From positions 1 through 42,250 of the forward strand of contig JAAPAO010000291.1 of the NCBI GenBank assembly GCA_013115145.1: a stretch of 42,250 bases of DNA. The letters are read 5' to 3'. The notes under the pieces were generated by a model, which had not been told where the DNA came from, did not search any database, and saw only the letters and a list, made by a program, of their open reading frames with translations. Source of the stretch: Perkinsus chesapeaki ATCC PRA-425. Lineage: Eukaryota > Protista > Perkinsozoa. Shown one piece after another: positions 32,280 to 42,250 of the stretch; positions within the stretch are counted from its first letter, which is position 1, and the number at the start of each line of letters is the position of its first letter. Position numbers and translations under genes: made by a program.

Positions 32280-32528
32280 CTTTAAAGCTGCCTGCACACT
32301 TGATCCTTTACAGGTTACCAAGGTACCTTTTCTGTACCTTTTTTTAAATATCTTTTACCAGCGGCAAACAGCTTGGCACAATAGGAAGAAGCCCCTTCCG
32401 TACACTCAACTAACCAACACAAGCTTTTGTATCCAATAACCACACACTTTCGTCATCAGCTAACCCTTCAATCCGCAATCAGTAAGATATTCCGCGGACG
32501 TAAACTAATTATTGAACGACACTATCGT

Positions 32529-33385
32529 CTATTGTGCTGCAACAGCATTGGCAGCTGGTGGGGCTTCTGGTGGGGCGGCGGCGGCCACGGCAGCTTGCGG
32601 CGATCCTGCAGCCTGCACTGGTGCGTTCGGAGCCTTCTGGACCGGCAGGAAGAGCTTGAATTCCGGAGGCAATTCCTCCTCACTAAAATGGGATAATTGC
32701 GGTGTTTCGCAGAAAAGAGGATACCTGTAGAGACGGTCCGAGAAATAGACCCTCCTAATTCGACAGTTGGCGTGGAGCTGAATGGCCAAGGTCTCGATGT
32801 AGTTGGTGCCATAGGCCCTCCTGGTGAAATCCGAAAGATTGAACTGAGAACGAGAAGGAGTGTGGAGGCGAACGCTGATGGGTTTGAAGTCGACCCACTT
32901 GAATCTGATTCCAACCCTCGTCGAGCCTCATAGGCATTGTACAAATGAACGGTTTGACTCGAGTCGTCCTCTGGTAGTTGGAGGCTCGAAATCGGCGACG
33001 AATGCCCTTATCGTCGAGAACGGCAACTTCAAAGGTGAAGTACTTCTTTAACTGAAAGATGTCCAATACCGAAATAAAAGAGGGAAGATGAGCTTACATT
33101 TTTGATGATCATAACAAGGAAAGGCAGCTTGATTCCGAGAGTCCTTCTAGGATCTGCTGGGCACTTGATGTAGGTGGTTGCCACATTGGTGCCCATAATC
33201 TCTAGTACCTGATTAGGAGAATCAACCTATTAGATTAGTGAAGGACCTACACTTGACTGAATGTCCGAGTCGGTAAGGCGCTTTATGTGACCGTTTCTGA
33301 CCTGATCAGCCCAGATCTGCAAAGGCTTGCTGCCCACCGAGTAGAGGACAGATAGAAAGCCAGATTGGAAGGTGTTCTTAAACAT
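32529..33385 (-). CDS. CFAP20: Cilia- and flagella-associated protein 20 (BUG22) with Ala/Pro-rich C-terminal extension
   Basis: [25 protein letters not shown]...[25 protein letters not shown]...[19 protein letters not shown]...[19 protein letters not shown](S)[13 protein letters not shown], near-identical to the family consensus. Confidence 0.97.
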
Positions 33386-33614
33386 TAAAAATACTTCACT
33401 GATTGCCTAATCAAGTGACATCAATAAGAAGAAAATGGCGGTTTCGAAGCATCTTGCGCACTAAAGAAGATTCCATCCAACGCTTGCGTGCATTTACTTT
33501 TTGGCGTGCGCGAAATCGTTCGCTGTTCCTTCATCGGAGGGGTGACGTAATGAGTACGTGCTCGAATGATCATACTTGATGGTGGTATCTTCTGCCTTTA
33601 GTTTTAATAATTAT

Positions 33615-34585
33615 ATGTTATTTTCAACTATCGAGTCTGTCGAAGCGAGGCGCAATAGCTATCGCCGAAGCTCCGCCAAGCGTGTGTCCCGCACAAGCGC
33701 CTCGCGCAAGGTACGTATCATTTAGGTTGACCTTGTAAGATACTTTGTAGGTCGACTTGAGCGCAAGATTCTCTCCCAATAATGATTCTATAACTACTTT
33801 GATGCTTTGCAACATTCCGTATACTTTATCGCAGACAATGGTCTTGTTCTACGTTGATCATGTATTCGGCTTTAATGGAAAGTAAGTAGTCACTCTGATG
33901 ATAAGCCTCACTCGTGAAGCTTCCTCAGATACGACTTTTTTTACCTTCCTCGTAATTCGAGAACTAATCATAATGTCGGCTACGCATTCATCAATTTCCG
34001 TAGCCCTCAGTACTGTGATGACTTCCGCCACGACTTTGAAGGATTCACCTTTCCCGGGGGTAGAGTTGGCAAGGTACGCCGTCGCAGCTAGCTCCATCAC
34101 CTACAGCCGGATCACTCTTCGTGCTTTCTCAGACAAGTCCCGGTCACTTACAGGGCTTACGCGCCAACATCGATCATTTCAAGAAGAAACATGTCGACTG
34201 CTGGGAAAACAATCGTCCGTTGATATTCCTCAGTGATGGCGCCGTTATCAGCACTAAAGATGCCGATATCTACTTTGATCAATTAAGTGATTTTTCTGCT
34301 CACTACCGCGAGGGATATGTTCCAAGACTGCTAGATCTTGTTGAAGAATACGCTCCTTCTGATAAACCAGAATCGCCTGCCAGTTGCTTCAGCGAACTGT
34401 GCAGCTTGGATAAGCTAACTGGATGCGAGAACTCCATCGGTCCTCCTCCCGAGTGGTGCTCTATTCATGACGATCTTTTTGTGATTAATGGAGACTTTTT
34501 GTCTGTAAACAACAAGTTCTCGGCTGCTCCGTTGATCTCGCCGTTAGACGAAGAATGCTGCGAGAACTTACTAAGGTCTGATTGA
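33615..34585 (+). CDS. Mei2-like RNA-binding protein (RRM_2 domain, multi-exon)
   Basis: Spliced TTLMLCNIP...GFNGK-YDFFYLP...NVGYAFINF...QGLRANIDHFK...RPLIF, the Mei2 C-terminal RRM signature. Confidence 0.9.
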
Positions 34586-34699
34586 CGGCTGGCTCGAGAA
34601 AGTCAAAAAGAACATGATCGAGAATCAACGATAATATTGTGTATAATACCACAGCTTCTCATGTGGTGGTTGGCAACTATTAGAGTGATGTTTAAGATT

Positions 34700-37600
34700 G
34701 TTCCGCAATATCTTCATGAGATGTATTCATAGGCCTTATGCCGTTCATCTATATAGAAAGCCGCGCATGAGGCACATTCCCTCGCTAATAGTGAGGCTTA
34801 GCCCTAGTTTATTCCAGCTTTTAAATAGCTTCTTTCACCATTTATCCACTTGTGTTAAAGTCAATTCACTCACGAATTTGGGCAGCTCCTGGTCGTATTG
34901 TCGAATCTCTCGGAAACCACCTTGCACTGCGAGGGAGATATCATCCTGCTAGTCACTGGGGAAAACACATCATCCATCTCATCTGATCAAGGGCGTCTTA
35001 CGTTCTGGATGTCAGCACCACTACTTACTCTATAATGTTCGTTCAAAGCCTCTCTCCACCGATGACCGCCGCCGCTGTTGTGGGTCCACGAAAAGCTAGT
35101 GTACAAGCAAAGCGAGGCATGCTTCTCTCGTGTCATGTATACTTCAGACATCGTCGTTCGTCGAGCCAGAGAACGCGTGTTTGGGTAACGTCACTTGCAT
35201 GATGGATGATGCGTCGACCGGTAAGACGAGTCCGTAAGGTCTTGACCGCTTGCTTGACAGTTTACACAGGCGGAAGCATGCAGTGCGGCGGCGGCGGCGG
35301 CGGCGGGGCGGAGTGGGTCATGCACATGCCCCTCGACGGAGCGTTAGAGCACCTCACTGAGAAAGTAGGAAATCTGCTCAGTGCTTTTATGTCATCTTTT
35401 CATTAGATGCTGCATCATGTTCTAACGAGGACAGTGGAAACGGTCTCGGTGGTGCCGCCAAGCTACGTTACAGTTCGGGTGAATTTACTTGTCATCGCCG
35501 GGAATTGAACCTGCGCCCCCGCTTCAGGTTTTAGACGGCTCCTCGGGAGAGATGCCGATCATTGGCGAATGCTGCATAGGCTTTTGTAACGTTGACCGCT
35601 TCAGGGTAAGTCAAGGATCGCGATGGTCTTCGATTCCGAGTTCAGGATTTCCTGCATCGGCACGTTGAGGGGGGTCAAGACGCGTCATTTTGCGCGAGGG
35701 TTATGACAGCTGCTAGGAAGGCCGCCGAGGCAGAGCAGTAGCCTTTTTGCCCTTGTGATCGATGTCGAGCTTGATCGAATCAGGTCAAAGGAGCCCGAGC
35801 CCCTTCCCAGTGTAAGAGGAGACGTCATAGAAAATGGCAGTGGAGTTTTCAACCCAGCGTTCGCTGGCCTTTACAGAACGATCAAGAGAAAGGGAACATG
35901 CGCGCCGATGACCGTAAGGAGTCAGATGGACAGAAATGGTGCGGTGGCGGCGGCCTTTGAATGAGGGCGTTCGCAATAGGCCTTTTTCAGCTGACTGGGT
36001 ACACCTTCTGAATCGTCGGGAGACCTTAGCACTGCGGAGCTACCTCGAGGGATGCCTCCGTCGAGGGCAGGAAGTTACTTGGGAGGAGGTGGGTACCGCT
36101 ACTACCGAACTGTGTGCTGTGGACGTGTGTTGAATTTGGGGGGGGGCAGAACTTAGAAACCTTGAGACAATGAGATCTAGTATATGTAGTTTTGGAATAG
36201 ATTCCTCAGCGTCCGTAGCCATGCCACTGTCAGTTTTGGAATCTGTCAGTTCGCTAAGCACGTTCCAGCAGCCATCAACCCTCACCGATCCGCGCCAGTG
36301 AAGCAGTCATCGTTCTTCCTCAAATCTGCTGCTTCGCGTGGAGGCTCTCTGGACAGTCGGAGAAGTGCCGATGCGTCGTTGCTTACCACATCTGGTACGA
36401 AAGGCAATAGACGCGGAGACACTCGACGGTTTCGTCAGGAGCGCCATTTGAAGATTCGAAGATTTGGAGTAGCCGTGGTCGACCGAGTCGATCATTGGAG
36501 CTGTCGGCTATGACCAGCGCGCGAAGGAGGTCGAACACCGCCGCCGACAAGACGGCTGGTGATGATCTAAGAGGACCTGCAGCGCGGCGCAGGGGCAGCG
36601 AATCCTTAGCTGCCAAGATGGTAAGCGTCTCCTGCCGGTGATGCCGGGTTGTGGCTGGATCGCCAATCGGACGTAAAATAATTAAATGATTTTTAATAAA
36701 TATGATAACGAGTATGACTGAGGCTTGTATTGGTTGGGGCCCCCAACTTGGGGGAAATAATTGTGCTTCGATAATACTGTAATTTTGTGAGATGTTTCTG
36801 TTTTGCACTAAGCCCCATCGCTTCTGCCTCGTATGAGACTCAATCCTGGTGTTCACTAAGCCTCAGGGATGCGCCGCTGAATCGATGGTACGGTGTGAAG
36901 TATTAGTCCACTGCTACAGTGGTATAGATTGAGTAGTGATCTTTTTTGAGTGCCACGAGATATACGATTGCGGTCATGACAGTCGTGTCTCAGTTGTATC
37001 TTCTATTTCATGTTGTCTCTGTCTGCGGTCTAGCTTAAAGGGCGGCGCTGTGGTCGACGGCTCTAACTTGTGTTGATTTAGGGATCACAACGTGGCAGCG
37101 TTAACCCTCCGAGAGCTCATTCGACCGGAGCGTCGACAGCTCGAACACAACGGGCTCCTCCACGACAGCTTGCAAAGAACAGAAGTGTGGTTGCCGACAC
37201 ATCGGTGATTTACGGCATGCGATGTTGGACGGGATGAGGCCATCGTTTGAGTAGATACATCCATCGGAGATCTTCACGCCCGCCAATCGAACCTTAATTG
37301 AAGCTTCTAAGGGCAGGACCGCTGCCTTGGGGAGCGACACTGGGACCTATCGGCGCCAAGAAGGCGAGGGGCGTGGAGTTGGTGACACCGTTAAAGAGCA
37401 GCCTCGTATAGTAGATACTTGGGGTGATCATCAAACATCTGATGGGGTCAATTTCAGTAACGATCGCCGTGCAATGCGATGATGAGGTCGTGCTCGACAG
37501 GTCCCAAATCCAGGGTGCTTTCCGCACCACTGTTAAGCGCGATAGCTCCAACCAGAACCACTATGACCACGACGACGACACCTATGTGAGTCAGCCAGTG

Positions 37601-37900
37601 GTACCGTGGAAGCCTTCCTGTGATAGGTATCCGAGATTGAGCAGTCCGACCACCGCACCTGTTCTACCCGGCGCGATGCCTAGATCGAGTCCATTGAGCT
37701 CTCGAGCCTCGCTGTTCTCCCCGTCATTCACAGCAGTGTTGCCGCCTTTTGGTCTTTACCCGTTTATGAAAGCGGTATTGATGCCTTCACCGATGGGCCT
37801 GGTGTACCAAAGAATACCTTAGGACTCCAGAAGAGGAAGAATGTTGAAGTCATAGTTTATTTTTGTAAAGCTGCTGCTGCAGGCGTCGTTGATGGTGTCG
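34700..37900 (-). other. Unresolved multi-exon coding region(s)
   Basis: Phase-consistent minus-strand exons with GTAAGT (35018) and GTGAGT (34873) donors give ...RVLWLDERRCLNFSWTHNSGGGHRWREALNEHYRDDISLAVQGGFREIRQYDQELPKF. There is also a helical segment in ORF 36383..36856 and a TM-like GVVVVVIVVLVGAIAL near 37550-37590. No family was recognised. Confidence 0.3.
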
Positions 37901-38354
37901 TATATTATATGCCAATTGGAGCAAGAATCTATTAGCTCCCGTGTGAGTGATTATTACTAGTTTCATCCGACTGATAAAATGTGTGTCAGTTTAAAGCTAA
38001 GAATGATTGTGTTTGAGTGGAGAGTTCATGGCCAAACAATTGAATCTCTATACGGAAAGGCGGAGAGCTGGAACTTTACAGCATTGGCTACATTCCTGAC
38101 ATATCAAAAGAGGGTTACCACCGCGGCGCTTAAGCGTCTATAAAATAAAGTAGAAGTTTAAGCGTTACTACAATTTAAAGAGTCTGGCGTGATGACCAAG
38201 GTCGCTTCAATGGGCAGCAAATGAAGATTTGATTATTATCTCGGGAGCCGCTGAATCGACCTGAGTTGCTAGTCCAAGATGAAGCGTGTACCCTATTAGT
38301 CGACGCATAAGTAACCCTCAGTGACTCTATTTAGCTGATTGTAGTACTGAGGAT

Positions 38355-41300
38355 ATGGAAGAACCATCTTCACCAACCGAGAATCACGATACCACACTAA
38401 CATCATCATCATCATCATCCGAGGCATCCGACAACGGTGATGTTCAGTTTTACTGGTAGACGGAATCTAGGAATAGCAGACTGATGAAAGATTCCATCCT
38501 GTAGGGTCGCTAAGCGCCGCGAGCCGGAGCACTTCGAAGTTGAGTTCCGTTGCTGGAGGCGCTTGTCTCGAGTTGATGAAGCGGCCTTGGAATCCGCATA
38601 CCTCGGTGAAAGCGCGGAAAGTATCCCTGTTGAGAACGGACGGTGGGGGAGGAATCTTGCGGGTGCGAAGGAGGTCTGCGGTTCGAGTTCAGATACAAAG
38701 TAAATCTCCAGACGATGACGCTCCATTGCAACTATTGGGAAGAGCCAGTCTGGCCGATTATGCGGGCGTCTTGGTTTTGGAGACCGAATTATGGAAGCGA
38801 GCTGGGTGTTGAACTGATCAATAATAGCTGGACGAATGTGGGCCATCTACACAGCTCCTCTAGACCAACAAAATCGGATTACTTCCAACGTATTCGTCGT
38901 CAAGAACAAGCTTCGAGGAATGAGGAAGCCGTCGTTGATTACTAGTACTTAGCAGCTCTATGAACAGCTCCACTTGAGCTGGTTCACTATTAGTAAAGGG
39001 AAGCGACGTAAACAAACTTCTTCGTAGCTGTAACTCATCCTTATCGAACTCTAGCAAGGATGCTACCACCGTCGTGTGTTCTATTAGCACTCAACGCTAC
39101 TCAGGACGCCTCCCCACCGACTGTCCCTGCGCTTCCTGTCGACCCCTACCTCTGTCCCTTCGGCCCGTGTGATTGTGCTCTACTAGAAGGTAATTGAAGC
39201 ACGGCATCTTATTGCTTCACATCATCTCTCAGGAGCACTTGAAGAGCTCCGGGAGGACCTGGACTCTGGTCCGATTGATTGTCAGCTGGAAGATACTCCC
39301 GAGCACGAGAGTGAGTAATCTTATGAGGTCGTTAAGAGTTCAGTGCTCTCATGTTCATTAATACGATCTCATTGCTCTCCACAGATTCGATTGTGCAGTT
39401 CACCGTGAAGAAAGTGAAGCCGACAAAAACAACTTCAGAACCCATTGCGGAGAGTAAACCCGAGCACATCATCGAACACGCGCTTTATGACACATCTAAA
39501 AGTCTGCGGCTACAAGTGAGCTTCCCAGTTGGCAAAATTCGAGCGTGTTCTCAGGTCTTCAAAGGGTACCCTGTAGAAGAGGAGCCTCCCGTCGATGAAA
39601 ACGTTCCAGATGTCAGCTGCTGAGTACTCGAGCCTATGTTACCATTCTTCTTCAGGACGCCCCAATATGGCTGTGCTTTATGGTTCATGGTATAGGCGAA
39701 ATGCTTTACAACCAGCGACATGCTGGCGAGATCGGTGCCCCGAGGTGTCTATTCACTCAGCTTTCCAATGCATCGGAGCTTCAGGTGTCGGTCTCACTGT
39801 TGGAGGTATCGCAGACTCTTCAACGAGAAGCTGAAGCAAGATTTCACAAAGTCAACTGATCAAGATGCTGCTGCTAGAATCGAGGTAAAGCTTTCTCCCT
39901 TAAACAGGAGTCGCAGGCTTTCTTCTAGGTTATCCCAATCGAGTGGGGGTTGAGTGTCCACGATCCTTCTCTCGATGGCAAACTTGAGAGCGTCACTTTG
40001 ACATCTTGCGGAAAGGTATCCTGCTGATTGAGCTGAGATCTTGTAGCTTGCTGGTTCAGTGCGATTCAATTACAGGTCAGAACTTTCGCAAACTTGGCAA
40101 TATCCGACGCCTTCTTGTATGGTCAACCAGCCCGAAGAGAATCCATTCTAAAATACGTGGCTGAAAGTGTACATCTTTTCATTAGTTATTTCTGCCATTC
40201 GTCATGGTCAACCTCAGATACGTCACAAGTACCATCTGTTTTGCAGCAATCACCCGACCTTCCACGCAGACGTTGCATCTGGCCGCAGCGCTGTCTGCAT
40301 CCTTGGTCATTCCCTTGGTAGGTTACGTCTCGCATGTCCGAATAGTGAACTGCTGACAGGTTCAGTTGTGGCATTTGACCTCTTGATGCGACAGTTGCCT
40401 TCGGAGGCAGCGGGGGACATCTCGCCCAGTTCCAGCACCACAAGGAAAGTCAAGCTCTTAGCCAGTGATAACAACCCTGCCTCCCCCCTCTCGCAACAAC
40501 CGTCCCATCGTGACATATCACTTGATGGGTCTCCGAGTCGATCGCCTGTTAAAACCAGCCCGGACAAGAAGAGCCGACCTCGACGCCCAAGCCTCGAGGT
40601 ATGTCATCACAGGCGCTCCGGTGGCTGCTGTACGGTTTTCAGGCGAGCGACGAATTCCAGCTTCCTTTCTGTTCGCGTGTGCTATTCCTGTTGGGCTCGC
40701 CGCTCGGGCTTTTCCTCACCATACGAGATGATATTCTTCCTGATGGCGCCCTACCGGCTTGCCGGAGAGTCTTCAATATATTCCACCCGAACGACTGTGT
40801 TGCTTACCGCTTAGAACCGTTACTATCTCCAGTAGGCCACACACGAGTCTATCTCCGCAACGCCGTCTACTTTAGGACCTTGCGCAAGTGCCACCGTTGT
40901 ACGTACCGCATCGAGGAGGCCACAGACTTCATGTCGCAGTGCGAAGGTTCCGTCCGCACTGGTTTCAGAAAGCCCTCTTTTAGGTTAAGCGGTTGCATTC
41001 AGATGTCGGATCGGCTTTCAGCAATGTTGGTGACACCATTTCGAGATGGTTCGCTAAACCAACCCAAGAGCAGGTGAGGAAGCGCATCATCGATTACCGC
41101 GTACTTTCAAGACGCTCAGCTGGCAGAGCAAGAACGCAAGAACAAAATCGAATGTGCTATGGCTGACTCGATACCGAATGTCAAGCTAAACCAAGGTGGG
41201 TAACAACCGCCTTAACCTGGTGCAGTCCTTCTCGCAGGCCGGCGAGTCGACTGGGTTATTCAGGAGTCGGTGACAGAGGCTGCCTCTGAGCTCTGGTCAG

Positions 41301-41422
41301 CGTTTGGTTCCCACTTCTCATACTGGAGACACGAGGATGTGATATCCTTCATTGTTAGTCAATTAGTGTGGTGTGACGCAGATGATAAGCAGTGGCGTGA
41401 AAAGAAAGCTAGTTTCTTTTGA
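38355..41422 (+). CDS. DDHD-domain phospholipase A1 (PA-PLA1/SEC23IP-like, multi-exon)
   Basis: YKVNL...YWEE...RASWFW, LCFMVHGIG, VIPIEW, the lipase motif ILGHSLGS, FLLGSPLGLFLTIR, FNIFHPNDCVAYRLEPLL and RVDWVIQE...SHFSYWRHED. The start is tentative. Confidence 0.9.
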
Positions 41423-42101
41423 GTTCTAGCTTGTTGTATTCATCGAGTGAAGGTTCCGAAAAACGAGCGCATTAAAACAAGAGACTCGTCTATCATATGC
41501 TCTGCACTTCAGTATCGGGATTTCGTTCATTAGCGAGGTGTCCACTTTATGACTGCCCGATATGTTCGGGTGTCTTTGTTCACTCATAATCTTCTACGCC
41601 AGCCACTGTAGCTATTTTATACACGCTTCACAACATAATGATTGGTCGGCAAACCAAAGGGGTTGTTTTTTGTATGGCATGAGGGAGAGGTCGAGTGCGT
41701 TTCTGCCTCATTAACCGTCTGCCTGTAGCGTTCACGGGCGATGGCGGATAAGTCAATCGCTGAAAGATTGCCGAGCCTGTAACCTGCTTGGGGCCCCAAA
41801 GAGCACGTTGGGGAACATGTCAAATGTGTACTTAACAATAGACAACATTCGAAAAGTTAAATACGCGAAGGTTCGAGAATGCAATGCTCGATGATGTTAA
41901 CAAGCATCTTATCAGAAGGCGGATGCCAAATTAGCTTTACTTACTAAACGCAGAAATACTCTGTCATGGAGTTTATCAATCCATTCATGGAAATCAGACA
42001 GCTTCATATCAAAATCGACCAACGTGTCGATTAATACCAAAAACATACAAAAAGGGTCGTCTAATGAGTCATTATACGATATGGGACATAACAAACTAAT
42101 C

Positions 42102-42250
42102 TTAAGGAAGAACTGTTGCTTCAGTAGTTTCAGAGGAAGAATCTCCAGTGGTGGACGCAACAGGTCCTTCAGTAGGAGTAGCCTCAGCAGGTCCCTCGGT
42201 GGTAGCCTCAGCAGGTCCCTCGGTGGTAGCCTCAGCAGGTCCCTCGGTGG
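42102..42250 (-). CDS. 3' end of a protein with mucin-like (TTEGPAEA)n repeats (truncated by window edge)
   Basis: A 24-bp tandem repeat at 42181-42250 reads TEGPAEATTEGPAEATTEGPAEATPTEGPVASTTGDSSSETTEATVLP* with TAA at 42104-42102. Confidence 0.8.
   Translation of the reverse strand, partial: TEGPAEATTEGPAEATTEGPAEATPTEGPVASTTGDSSSETTEATVLP

Noticed and set aside
35287-35306. (GGC)n tract, along with (CAT)n at about 38400-38418 and (GC)n at about 12840-12850
   Set aside because: These are short ordinary microsatellites; the CAT run simply encodes poly-Ser in the DDHD gene.
35490-35562. tRNA-like sequence on the minus strand (GGTTCAATTCCC, B-box-like)
   Set aside because: The T-stem has two mismatches, the acceptor stem pairs only 5 of 7, and no anticodon or D arm folds.

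Overview
This is eukaryotic, intron-rich genomic DNA with short GT-AG introns (mostly about 40-120 nt). Gene content suggests a perkinsid alveolate such as Perkinsus, but this is inference from expanded intronless aspartic proteases, a Mei2-like RRM protein and flagellar genes. The left ~19 kb is an accessory, secretome-like zone. It holds five intronless pepsin-family proteases (one partial, one with a single in-frame TAG), a 25-bp satellite with two assembly gaps, ATG3, tRNA-Gly(GCC), a type II membrane protein with a truncated duplicate, a small secreted Cys-rich peptide, and a lipobox-like surface protein. The right ~23 kb is dense and mostly intron-rich. It holds a STE20-like kinase, a GT8 glycosyltransferase whose reading frame runs without a stop through a tRNA-Pro(CGG) gene into a lectin-like module and a second GT-A-like domain, an intronless 1076-aa protein resembling PRD1/MEI1, a tandem CFAP20-IFT20-CDK-like block, a Mei2-like RRM gene, a DDHD phospholipase A1, and the 3' end of a TTEGPAEA-repeat protein. 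Exon models were assembled by eye, so internal boundaries and some starts are approximate. Family assignments come from recalled motifs, not database searches. The strongest leads are the tRNA nested in a probable multidomain glycosyltransferase, the PRD1/MEI1-like gene, a possible IFT20-kinase fusion or polycistron, and clusters of perfect short palindromes.
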